Source: a virus
Length of the DNA: 57,692 nucleotides
Virus record (IMG/VR): IMGVR_UViG_3300037755_000365
Location: 1-57,692 of that record
Direction: 5' to 3' (one strand)
Shown: one piece after another, positions 40,960 through 49,724 of the stretch
Layout: each line of letters opens with the position of its first letter
Position numbering within the stretch: position 1 is the first letter of the stretch
Translations under genes and position numbers: made by a program
The notes under the pieces: model-generated
What the model was told of the DNA's origin: nothing
The model's input: only the letters and a program-made list of their open reading frames with translations
The model's database searches: none

Positions 40960-41509
40960 TGCGAAGGCTTACCCGCCGACGCATACTTACGATCTAGCGA
41001 CGCTCATTCCCAGATACCCGTTGAATCATCGGCTCTCGATTCTGTTGCGGGTTTGCCCGGATATGTTCAAGGCAAATCGGTTTCTGGACGTCGGGTGCTC
41101 GAAAGGGTTCTTTGCGCTCAAGGCGGCGAAAGAAAGCAGTTCTGTTCTTGCCATAGATCCAGACGAGGAAGCGCTCAAGTCTTGGGAAAGCGTTTGTCCA
41201 AAGAACGTGACGCAGAAAGTTGGCACGTTCAAAGACGTGTCTGGCGAGTTCGACATGGTGTGGATCGGCAACGGCCACCACTACCTATACAGAGAAGACC
41301 GGAATTACGTCGATCGCCTCAAGCGAATCGCAACCGATAGGGTGCTGATCGAGGGGCCGACTGGGCCGAAGCGCTTTGAGATGCGGAATTTCGGGCCGCA
41401 CCAAACCGAGGTGGAATTGTTGGAATCGATGCAGGACTTCTATCTTGTGAGGCGGGCAGAGTCAGAAACGAAAGGCAGGGCTGTTTGGCTGTTCAAGACG
41501 CGCTCGTGA
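40919..41509 (+). CDS. class I SAM-dependent methyltransferase
   Basis: FLDVGCSKGFFAL..VLAIDPDEEAL..FDMVWIGNGHHY. Confidence 0.7.
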   Translation: MGEISTTDAQRLIDAKAYPPTHTYDLATLIPRYPLNHRLSILLRVCPDMFKANRFLDVGCSKGFFALKAAKESSSVLAIDPDEEALKSWESVCPKNVTQKVGTFKDVSGEFDMVWIGNGHHYLYREDRNYVDRLKRIATDRVLIEGPTGPKRFEMRNFGPHQTEVELLESMQDFYLVRRAESETKGRAVWLFKTRS

Positions 41510-41988
41510 CGTTGCCGCACAACCGTTACGGAGAATATTTGGAGCACGTGTATACGAAGATGGCCGTTCATGTTCCACCAGACTCGACGGTGCTCGAGAT
41601 CGGGGCTCGTCATGATCGTGGCGTGATCTCCAAGCGCGTGATCCCGCACAAGACGTTTTTGACCGTGGACAGGAATTCTCGGAGAGGTGACATGACGGCC
41701 GACGTGCTGTACGAGGAAATGCAAGCCGGCGTGATTCTATCGACGTGCATTTTGCACCATACGCCGGAGAGCTTGATTCCTAAACTGCTGGATAACCTCG
41801 TGGCTCCGCTGCTGATGTTCTCTGGGCCGAACGTTGAGGCCATGCCGAAGTTGTTTGGTGACCATCGGTGGCACATCGAGATACCGAAATTCGTGGGATG
41901 GCTGGAAGAGCGAGGCTACACAGTCACGTGGGAGCGCGTAGGGCTGTCTGAGCCGCTTTGCGAAGTGCTGGTGCTAGCCAAGAGATGA
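41506..41988 (+). CDS. methyltransferase-fold protein (divergent)
   Basis: GTGA coupling; VLEIGARHD..FLTVDRN..ILSTCILHHTPE. Confidence 0.5.
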   Translation: MTLPHNRYGEYLEHVYTKMAVHVPPDSTVLEIGARHDRGVISKRVIPHKTFLTVDRNSRRGDMTADVLYEEMQAGVILSTCILHHTPESLIPKLLDNLVAPLLMFSGPNVEAMPKLFGDHRWHIEIPKFVGWLEERGYTVTWERVGLSEPLCEVLVLAKR

Positions 41989-42662
41989 TCTCGGTCGTCA
42001 TGCCGTTCTGGTGCCGTCAGGAGGCGCTGGACAGGGCATTTGCTATCTACGGCGAGCTATACAGAGATTTGCCGATCGAGTTCTCGGTCTGCGACGACGG
42101 CTCGGACCCGCAAGTCTCGATGGCTAAGGCCAGTCATCCGTTTACGGTGACGCTGTTGCCGAAAAAGGCTAGAGCATTGAATCCGTGCGTGCCGATCAAT
42201 CGCGCGGTGGAGGCTTCTACCGGCGACGTGATCGTGCTGACGAATCCAGAGATCGTTCACACGGAACGGACGCTCGAAAAGATGCTCGAGCTCCTGACTG
42301 GCGATGACGATTACGTGATGGCGTCGTGTCTCGACTCGTCCGGGCAATGGCTTGCGGGGTCAAAGGTGCGATACGACCAGAACGGGAGGCTCCCCGTTCC
42401 AGATGGGGGTCATTTCCATTTCTGCTCGATGTTCCATCGGTCGCTGTGGGAGAAGGCTGGCGGATTCGACGAGGACTATCGAAATGGCCAGGCGTGCGAC
42501 GACAACGACTGGCTGTGGAGGCTTCATAGAGCCGGAGCGGTATTCAAGCTCTGCGAGAGCGTGGTGACGCACTACCGCTCTCAACTGAAATGGAACTTGC
42601 CGCACAACAGAGAGCTTTTCATGGCGAAGTGGGGATTGAATGGGCGCCAAGCCACGGCTTAG
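41985..42662 (+). CDS. GT2-family glycosyltransferase
   Basis: ATGA coupling; MISVVMPFW..FSVCDDGSDP..GDVIVLTNPEIVH. Confidence 0.75.
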   Translation: MISVVMPFWCRQEALDRAFAIYGELYRDLPIEFSVCDDGSDPQVSMAKASHPFTVTLLPKKARALNPCVPINRAVEASTGDVIVLTNPEIVHTERTLEKMLELLTGDDDYVMASCLDSSGQWLAGSKVRYDQNGRLPVPDGGHFHFCSMFHRSLWEKAGGFDEDYRNGQACDDNDWLWRLHRAGAVFKLCESVVTHYRSQLKWNLPHNRELFMAKWGLNGRQATA

Positions 42663-42933
42663 GTGGACGGGTGAGTCTTGGCATGGACTCGCACCCGTAA
42701 AGAACCATTCGTCTTACAAATCTCCTGAAACGCTCGCTGCCGAAGTGTCTCGGATGATTATTGAGAACGGATTGACCGATGTCGTGATGATCGGTCAGGC
42801 ACCGGGACGCGACGGGGCAGCCAAGTGTTATCGCTGGATGACGAGCGGCACGCTGCTTTGGTACGTGGAGCTGCTGAGATTCAACGCGGTTCACGGACGA
42901 TTTCCCTACGAAAGCAACGGCGGCCCGATCTGA
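42640..42933 (+). CDS. hypothetical protein
   Basis: 97-aa ORF abutting next start. Confidence 0.45.
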   Translation: MGAKPRLRWTGESWHGLAPVKNHSSYKSPETLAAEVSRMIIENGLTDVVMIGQAPGRDGAAKCYRWMTSGTLLWYVELLRFNAVHGRFPYESNGGPI

Positions 42934-43530
42934 GTGCTGATCGGGACAACGTGGTGGACAGGGCCTGGAAGCATCTACGGTCCTGAGTATCCCCGTGCTC
43001 TGAGAAGTCAGTTATCTGATCTAGGCCAGGATCTGATCGTTCTTGGGAACGGCGACGGATCGGATCGGCCGCTCAAGACTGGATTCACTCGCTGGTGGTC
43101 GAAACTGGAATGGCTGGCACCGTGGAACGCGGATATTCGCCCAGCTCTAGTGGTTGATCTAGACACGTTCGTCGTCGGAGGAATCGGCCCGGTTCTTTCC
43201 CTGGACGACACGAAGCTATGGCTGATCCGTCAGTTTTGGGGAACGAAACGACTCGGTGAGTCCGGGCTGTTCATCGTGCCGAAAGACACGGGCGCGATGT
43301 GGGAAGCCGCATTGAGGTACAGCCAAGACAAATACGGAGACGGAGCCTTTCTGCGGAAGTTTCCGCATGAATTCATCGTGGACGAGGTAGACGGCATTTT
43401 GAGCTACAAAGCGCATCACTTGCAGGACGGATACCCGGATGGCACGAGGATCGTTTGCTTTCACGGGAAGCCGAAGCCGGCAAATGCTTGTGGCTGGGCG
43501 CAAGAGTTCTTTTGGCGACACGCATGCTGA
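42934..43530 (+). CDS. GT8-like nucleotide-diphospho-sugar transferase (phage type)
   Basis: GTG start; WWSKLEWLAPW..ALVVDLDTFVVG..RIVCFHGKPKP. Confidence 0.6.
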   Translation: MLIGTTWWTGPGSIYGPEYPRALRSQLSDLGQDLIVLGNGDGSDRPLKTGFTRWWSKLEWLAPWNADIRPALVVDLDTFVVGGIGPVLSLDDTKLWLIRQFWGTKRLGESGLFIVPKDTGAMWEAALRYSQDKYGDGAFLRKFPHEFIVDEVDGILSYKAHHLQDGYPDGTRIVCFHGKPKPANACGWAQEFFWRHAC

Positions 43531-44993
43531 CTGATCCTACCGATTTCTCCGACGAAGAGTTGCTTGCGGCGCTATCGAAAATCGCCGAGGAAAACAAGCT
43601 GCTCGAATGGTTCGACGAGAAATTTCCCTATCGCTGGCAGCGCGCGTTCTTCGATGCGGGGGAATGGGCGAAGCAAAGGTGCGTAATTGCCGCGAATGGC
43701 GTTGGTAAGAGCTTTTTGACTTGCGCAGAGCTGGCCATGCACGTCACGGGCCGTTACCCGCCTTGGTGGAAGGGCGCGAGATTCGACTACGGCGGATGGG
43801 AATGTTGGATCGGTAGCATCGACAACGATATGCAAAAAAGAGGCCCTCAACGCGCATTGTTGGGCCGAGAACTCGAATCTGTCGGCACTGCATTGATCCC
43901 GAAGGATTCGATCAAGAGCATCGAGCTTCGCCAGGCCGGCGTTAAGTCGGTTGTCGATACGTTGGTCATCAATCACATTTCCGGTCGTCCAGTGACCGTT
44001 AAATGGCTCACGTTTGAACAGGGCTGGAGGAAATGGCAATCCGGCGACCCGAAAATCATCTTGTGGGATGAAGAGCCTGACGAATCGATCGTGGATCAGA
44101 AGGACATCATGACCGAGACACTGACTCGGCTGGTGCGTAACAACGGCATTTGGATCGTCGGCTATACGCCGTTGCTAGGTGAGACCAATCTGACCAAGCA
44201 CTTCATGGATGCCAACAAGGACGATGGCATTTTCTACGTCGGAGCCACATGGGATGACGCTCCGCACATGGACGCCGAGCAAAGACGCATCATTGAGAGC
44301 CAGTACCCGGCCCACCAAAGGGATGCCCGCACGAAGGGCATCCCGATGCTCGGCACGGGCCGCATCTTCACCGTTGGCGATTCGGACATCCTGATCGACC
44401 CGATTCACATACCGGATCACTGGGCAAGGATCTGCGGAATAGATTTCGGCATGGCGCATCCGTGTGCTGCGGCGTGGGTGGCGTGGGATCGTGACACCGG
44501 CTATTTCTACCTGTACGACTGCTGGAAGAAAGAGAGCGCCAAGACCTACGAGCATGCGCAGGTCATCAATTCACGGGGGAAGTGGATACCCGTTGCATGG
44601 CCCCACGACGGCGAGAAGCGAGACCCGAAGAGCGGCCAACGATTCGCAGACATTTATCGTGGCGAGCACGAGGTCAACATGCTTTCGAAGTCAGCGAGGT
44701 ACAAGAACGACACCGGTGGTTCTCAGGCTCAATGGCCGATCATCGAGGAAATTCGATTGCTCATGGAGTCGGGGAAATTCAAGGTGTTTCGCACGTGTAC
44801 GGACTGGGTGACGGAATTTCACAGCTATCACACCAAGGACGGAAAGATCGTGTCCCGGCGCGATGACGTTCTCAAGGCAAGCTTCTACGCGAAGATGATG
44901 GTGCGGTATGCCGTCAGCAAGAAGGAAGGCGACCGCATCCTTAGGCTGGAGCAACGCTCTGCGCCGGCAGCATTTACCACGGCAGTTCACTGA
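43524..44993 (+). CDS. terL: terminase large subunit
   Basis: ATG at 43524; Walker A AANGVGKS; C-terminal nuclease-like region; followed by portal. Confidence 0.85.
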   Translation: MLTDPTDFSDEELLAALSKIAEENKLLEWFDEKFPYRWQRAFFDAGEWAKQRCVIAANGVGKSFLTCAELAMHVTGRYPPWWKGARFDYGGWECWIGSIDNDMQKRGPQRALLGRELESVGTALIPKDSIKSIELRQAGVKSVVDTLVINHISGRPVTVKWLTFEQGWRKWQSGDPKIILWDEEPDESIVDQKDIMTETLTRLVRNNGIWIVGYTPLLGETNLTKHFMDANKDDGIFYVGATWDDAPHMDAEQRRIIESQYPAHQRDARTKGIPMLGTGRIFTVGDSDILIDPIHIPDHWARICGIDFGMAHPCAAAWVAWDRDTGYFYLYDCWKKESAKTYEHAQVINSRGKWIPVAWPHDGEKRDPKSGQRFADIYRGEHEVNMLSKSARYKNDTGGSQAQWPIIEEIRLLMESGKFKVFRTCTDWVTEFHSYHTKDGKIVSRRDDVLKASFYAKMMVRYAVSKKEGDRILRLEQRSAPAAFTTAVH

Positions 44994-45349
44994 TGAAGAA
45001 ACCACCGCTGAATACGCACTGGTTTGAGAAGTGGGCGGCTAAGAACTGCATGAGGCCCGTGTGCAAGGTATCCGACCCAGACGGAGAGATCCTGCTGGCA
45101 GACTCAATCGAGCCGATTAGGGTGTTGGGCAAGTACCGTACTGGATACGCCATTCTTCGAGACGACCTTAAGTTCGGCAACTACAACGACTACGACATGC
45201 AGGAGTTTGTTCTCTACTCGCGTGAGGGTGGGGTACAGAAGCGAGTGAACGAGGCACTGACCTACGCGAGAGCGATGCAATCGGAATTGAAGCAATCAGG
45301 ATTTTATGATGGCGAAGCAAAAGGCCGTTTCAGTCAGCGCCAGAATTGA
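44993..45349 (+). CDS. hypothetical protein
   Basis: 118-aa ORF between terL and portal. Confidence 0.5.
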   Translation: MKKPPLNTHWFEKWAAKNCMRPVCKVSDPDGEILLADSIEPIRVLGKYRTGYAILRDDLKFGNYNDYDMQEFVLYSREGGVQKRVNEALTYARAMQSELKQSGFYDGEAKGRFSQRQN

Positions 45350-47174
45350 GCCAGGCGATCTCCCGCGGATAGCGGAATCGATCGTTGCTGAGTTCAAGGC
45401 GCGTAAGGAGCGGAGAAAGACGCTCGAAAAGCATTGGGACGAGATCGATCGCCAGCTTCGCATGGAGCCTGAGCTTTCTCATAAGAAGCTCGCAAACGGG
45501 CAATTAGACCCTGACAGGGCATGGATGCCGGAAGTAGAGCTACCGCTGCAGGCTCAAACGCTCGAGATGCTGACTTCTGACGTTAGGAGACTCAAGTTTC
45601 CGAACAACCGAGATTTTTTCCAGGCGAGAGCCGCGCTGACCGATGAATATTTGAAGCGGTTCAATTCTGCCGGATCGGTGTTTCCTGGCGAGAAGGGGAA
45701 AGGCGATCCGAATGCGGTGATGAACCAGGACAACGCCGACAAGCTCGTCCAGGCCACGATTTCTCACTGGCACGCTCAATACGACTTCCGCGGCCACATG
45801 GACCAAATAGATGCGCAAGCGTTGAGCTACGGGTTCGGAGTCGGGAGGCTTCGCAAGGTCAATCGTCGAATTCTAGGCCATGACTCTAGATTGACCGGAT
45901 TCGAGAATCAGCGCATTCCCGTATTGATTCCGCGTGATGCTCGTAAGGTGTATCTCGACGACAGCCTGCACGCATTGATGCACGAAGGCTATGCGCTGGG
46001 GCCGAACATCATCCAAACCAGGACGATGCAATACGCCGATCTCGTCGCTGCGGCCAAGGCGGGGGGAAGCGATCCGAAAGACGAGGAAGGCGGGTACGTT
46101 CAGTCGGAAATCGCCAAGATCCAGCCGAACAAGGACGGGACCATCGAGCTCGTCGAGCTGGAAGGCGATTTGGTCGTCGATCGATCGGCCGATACCGTGA
46201 TCGAGCAGGACGTGGTGGTCACTGTTGCGTTCGGATCTGGGGTGCCGGCTTTCGTGCGCTACCGAGAAGGCGAGAAGTTTTCGACCTACTACATCCAGAG
46301 CTATCACCTGGAAGGGTCTGCATATCGTTACGGGGCGTCCCCGTTGCTCAAGGGCATGCCGGTAGCAAAAGCCGCAGCACAAGCAATGAATCGGGTCATC
46401 GAGTCAGGGCTACTCAAGAATTCGCCCCCGGTCGGATGGGACAAGAACGACATGGCGCTGGCGGCGATTGGCGGTCCGAAGATTCGTCCCTACGCGCTCT
46501 GGGGAACGTCCGATCCTGCGGCTATTACGGCGTTCAATGAGGTAGGCGGCGATCCTCAGACCCTATGGACCATATTCACCGGGCTCGTGAACCTTTACGT
46601 GGACGTGACGGGCGTGAATCCGCCTAGGCTCGGCGCGCAAACGAAGAGCCACACGACCGCGTTTGCGAAAGACGCCGAATTGTCTCAAGGCGCCATTCGC
46701 ACCGTCGATTTCGTTCGGTCGAGTCTCGAGGGGCCGATGACGAGGCTCTTGCAGCTCGAATACCGAATGGGTCTCCCGCTGATGCGCGGACGGCAGACGA
46801 TTTACGTCGAGGCGTGGAACGAGTTCGTATCGTTGAAACGCAATCACTTGCCGGACATCGTGAAGTTCACAGCCATTGGGGCCGGTGCTCCTGCGGAAGA
46901 GCAGGCGATGTACGCCAAGAAGCTTTCTTCTGCGCAGACGGCGCTGCAGATCGACTCTCTCGCGATCCAGTTGGGCCGCGAGCCGAAGATCGAGCATGGA
47001 ACCTTGATCGAGCAACTTCTAAGCGAGGGTGGTTGGACGAATGTCACAGACATCATTGTCCCCAGAGCAGACAGCGTTGCTCCGGGATTTGAGCCGGAAT
47101 CCGACCTGGGCATCGGTACTGGAGTACCTGGAATCGTCTCTCAGCGAAACGCCGCGCTGGAAGCGGTCGGATAA
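45306..47174 (+). CDS. portal protein
   Basis: 622 aa, position after terL and before scaffold/capsid. Confidence 0.75.
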   Translation: MMAKQKAVSVSARIEPGDLPRIAESIVAEFKARKERRKTLEKHWDEIDRQLRMEPELSHKKLANGQLDPDRAWMPEVELPLQAQTLEMLTSDVRRLKFPNNRDFFQARAALTDEYLKRFNSAGSVFPGEKGKGDPNAVMNQDNADKLVQATISHWHAQYDFRGHMDQIDAQALSYGFGVGRLRKVNRRILGHDSRLTGFENQRIPVLIPRDARKVYLDDSLHALMHEGYALGPNIIQTRTMQYADLVAAAKAGGSDPKDEEGGYVQSEIAKIQPNKDGTIELVELEGDLVVDRSADTVIEQDVVVTVAFGSGVPAFVRYREGEKFSTYYIQSYHLEGSAYRYGASPLLKGMPVAKAAAQAMNRVIESGLLKNSPPVGWDKNDMALAAIGGPKIRPYALWGTSDPAAITAFNEVGGDPQTLWTIFTGLVNLYVDVTGVNPPRLGAQTKSHTTAFAKDAELSQGAIRTVDFVRSSLEGPMTRLLQLEYRMGLPLMRGRQTIYVEAWNEFVSLKRNHLPDIVKFTAIGAGAPAEEQAMYAKKLSSAQTALQIDSLAIQLGREPKIEHGTLIEQLLSEGGWTNVTDIIVPRADSVAPGFEPESDLGIGTGVPGIVSQRNAALEAVG

Positions 47175-47280
47175 GGGCAAATCTGAAGAGGAAAAGCGGG
47201 CCGAGTGGATTTTCCATTCGGGCCGGTTGGAGCAGTTGGAAAGCATCTTGTTGATATTGAGAGGAAATCATGGTAGATAA
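47041..47280 (+). CDS. 79-aa ORF overlapping the portal 3' end in another frame
   Basis: ATG at 47041; covers the otherwise non-coding 47175..47269; stop overlaps scaffold start region. Confidence 0.35.
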   Translation: MSQTSLSPEQTALLRDLSRNPTWASVLEYLESSLSETPRWKRSDKGKSEEEKRAEWIFHSGRLEQLESILLILRGNHGR

Positions 47281-47926
47281 GACAGACACAGGCCAGTCAG
47301 GCTCACCCGATCAGGAGCGCAATGCTCCGAAAGAGGGCACCGACGCGCCGAAGGGGACTCTCGAAAAGGCGTTAGCCTCGTGGGATTCCGCTTCAAAAGG
47401 GACTGACGGCGACGGTGGCAAGAAGCCACAAGCCAGCACCAAAGACCAAGACGAGATAACCGAGCTTCGTGCGGAGCTGTCTCGACTGAGTTACGAGAGC
47501 GACATGAAAGCGCTCGTAACCGAGGTCAGGGGTGACTTGGATGTCGATTACGAGGATGTGGAGCGTTGGCTGAACACGAAGGCCGACAAAGATCCTAGGC
47601 TTACTAAAGCCTGGGATGAGCGCCACGCCAACAAGTCGAGATTCCAGGATGTCGTCAAGGCGCTCGTTCCTGAATACCAAGAGTACGTCAAATCCTTCGC
47701 GACTCGCGTTTCGAAGGGTGGCGAAAAGGGTAAGAAGGACGACGACGAAGGCAAGAATGCCGGGAAGGACGACAAGGGTCTAGCCGCTGCTGTCAGACAA
47801 GCGCGTGATGCTGCGCCAAGCAATGGCCAGTTCGGGGACGTGAAGTGGGCGCAACTCTCGGATAACGAGCTAGCGGCCAAGAAATCGGAAGTCTTCAGAG
47901 CTGCCAAAGCGGGCGCGTTCAAGTAA
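47270..47926 (+). CDS. scaffolding protein
   Basis: 218 aa, charged, helical, low complexity; immediately upstream of capsid gene. Confidence 0.65.
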   Translation: MVDKTDTGQSGSPDQERNAPKEGTDAPKGTLEKALASWDSASKGTDGDGGKKPQASTKDQDEITELRAELSRLSYESDMKALVTEVRGDLDVDYEDVERWLNTKADKDPRLTKAWDERHANKSRFQDVVKALVPEYQEYVKSFATRVSKGGEKGKKDDDEGKNAGKDDKGLAAAVRQARDAAPSNGQFGDVKWAQLSDNELAAKKSEVFRAAKAGAFK

Positions 47927-47938
47927 CGAGGGACTCTG

Positions 47939-49024
47939 ATGGCACTTACCATTTCGGCAACCGATGTAGAGTTGCCCAAGCCGCTAAACGCGGTTTTTCA
48001 ACAGACCTTGCTTCGCAACGCTCAGATTCGCGCGCCGTATTTCGTCGGCACCGTTTCTGGAGAACTGGTCAAGCAAAAGGGTGCGAGCCTGGCTGCATGG
48101 CGGCGTATCGAGAATCTCGCCGTAGCGACTTCCGCTCTGTCCGAGCTGACCACGACAGCCAGCTACATGCAAGGCCGAAGTTCCGCGGCGCTCTCGGTGA
48201 CTCCGGTCACGGCCACGATGTCGAAGTACGGAAACTTCGTCATCCTGAACGAGGAAGTGGACCTGTTCAACTTCCCCGAGCAGTTCGACAAGATCCTGCG
48301 CATCATGGCGATCAACGCCGGGCAAAGCCTGAACCAGCTTCAACGAGATGTTGGAGAGGACAATGCTACGTTGATCTATGCGGGTTCTGCAGCGTCGGAC
48401 GGAACTGTATTGAGCGTCATCACGCTCGACTCGATCAAGCTCGCAGTCAACACGCTAGACCGGAATTCGGCCATGACTTTCACGGCCATGACGACGGGCT
48501 CGCAGAACGTCGGCACGGTGCCGATCAACATGGCCTACTGGGGCTTGACGCATCCCGACGTTGCGGTGGACATCGCTGGTCTCACCGGCTTCACTTCGGT
48601 CGAGAAGTACGCGGGTCAGACGCAAGTCGCGATGGGCGAGTTCGGCACGATCACGGTGGCCGGCAAGGCGGTGCGGTTCATCTCGTCAGAAGATGCCGGC
48701 GTCGATGCAGGCTCAGGCGAGACGGGGGCTGGGTCCGCGGACCTGAACGACACGTCTGACAACGCGGATCTCTACACCACGCTGATCTACGGCGAGGAAG
48801 CGATCGGCTCCGTGGGTCTCGGCGAGCAGTGGACTGATGGCATTTATCGTGCGGGCGAAGAGCTCGATCCGGTCGATGTCATCATCAAGCGCCCCCAGGG
48901 TACCGGCACGTCCGATCCGTACAACGAAATCTCGACGGTCGCGTGGAAGGCGTGGCACACGGGTGCGATTCTGAACGCGAACTGGGTCCGAGGCATTCGT
49001 TCGGGTGCGACCGACCTCACGTAA
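47939..49024 (+). CDS. major capsid protein (HK97-fold type)
   Basis: 361 aa, position, followed by strong terminator. Confidence 0.8.
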   Translation: MALTISATDVELPKPLNAVFQQTLLRNAQIRAPYFVGTVSGELVKQKGASLAAWRRIENLAVATSALSELTTTASYMQGRSSAALSVTPVTATMSKYGNFVILNEEVDLFNFPEQFDKILRIMAINAGQSLNQLQRDVGEDNATLIYAGSAASDGTVLSVITLDSIKLAVNTLDRNSAMTFTAMTTGSQNVGTVPINMAYWGLTHPDVAVDIAGLTGFTSVEKYAGQTQVAMGEFGTITVAGKAVRFISSEDAGVDAGSGETGAGSADLNDTSDNADLYTTLIYGEEAIGSVGLGEQWTDGIYRAGEELDPVDVIIKRPQGTGTSDPYNEISTVAWKAWHTGAILNANWVRGIRSGATDLT

Positions 49025-49048
49025 GACGCAGCCAATGCGGCAACTTTA

Positions 49049-49077
49049 GAAGCCCCGCTGGTCGGGGCTTCTTTTTT
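49049..49077 (+). terminator. rho-independent terminator after capsid gene
   Basis: GAAGCCCCG-ctggt-CGGGGCTTC followed by TTTTTT. Confidence 0.85.
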
Positions 49078-49090
49078 GGAGAAATGGAAG

Positions 49091-49720
49091 ATGGCGAATT
49101 TGTCTCAGCTCGTAGGCGAAGACAGCAGAAAGCCGGTCGAGCGTCTTCGTAGATGCCAGGTGTACAAGATGGTCGAAGCGTTGGGTATCACGTGTCCGCC
49201 AGGGTCGCCCAAGACCATGATGATCAAGCTGCTGGAGGCGAACAACGTCGATATTTCCAAGCCCGTCCAAGGCATTCCAGGAATCGATTGGAACGTCACG
49301 GTCGGGACCGACAGCGAAGGGCGTCAACGGCAAGAAATCTATCCAGTAGCACCCTTGCACGCGAGCGCGAGGAAAGGTGTTAACGCCGCAGAGGCTTTGG
49401 ATAGGCGCAAGCAGGAAACCGAGAAGCGCGAGGCCGACAAATTCGCAGAATCCAGAATGGCTGCACTCGAAAAGGAGAACCAGCGTCTCCGTGACGAGGC
49501 AGAGCGTACCAAGGCGGAGTCGGATCAACTGAAGGCCATCATCGAACAGCGGCTGAAGGCGCTCGAGGAACCAAAGGAAACCGAACAGCCTGAAGTTCAA
49601 ACGAGCTCCGCTCAATCCGACTATTGGGCGATGTACCGCAAAGCGAAGGGTATGGGGCTCGAGGTAAAGCGCGGCATGACACGCGATGAGCTGGATACGC
49701 TCATCAAGGCGCAGAGCTAG
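49091..49720 (+). CDS. coiled-coil protein with HeH/SAP-like motifs
   Basis: ATG at 49091 with GGAG upstream; VYKMVEALGITCPPGSPKTMMIKLLEANNV and MTRDELDTLIKAQ. Confidence 0.55.
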   Translation: MANLSQLVGEDSRKPVERLRRCQVYKMVEALGITCPPGSPKTMMIKLLEANNVDISKPVQGIPGIDWNVTVGTDSEGRQRQEIYPVAPLHASARKGVNAAEALDRRKQETEKREADKFAESRMAALEKENQRLRDEAERTKAESDQLKAIIEQRLKALEEPKETEQPEVQTSSAQSDYWAMYRKAKGMGLEVKRGMTRDELDTLIKAQS

Positions 49721-49724
49721 GATC

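Noticed and set aside
36672-43530. Glyco/methyl island as a DNA hypermodification cluster (5hmC/5hmU glycosylation or 7-deazaguanine)
   Set aside because: No thymidylate-synthase-like hydroxymethylase, TET/JBP dioxygenase, DpdA/QueCDE/FolE or kinase genes were seen. The methyltransferase motifs look like small-molecule class I folds without DPPY/NPPY. The island is co-transcribed with late structural genes, not with replication genes. This is not fully excluded without HMM searches.
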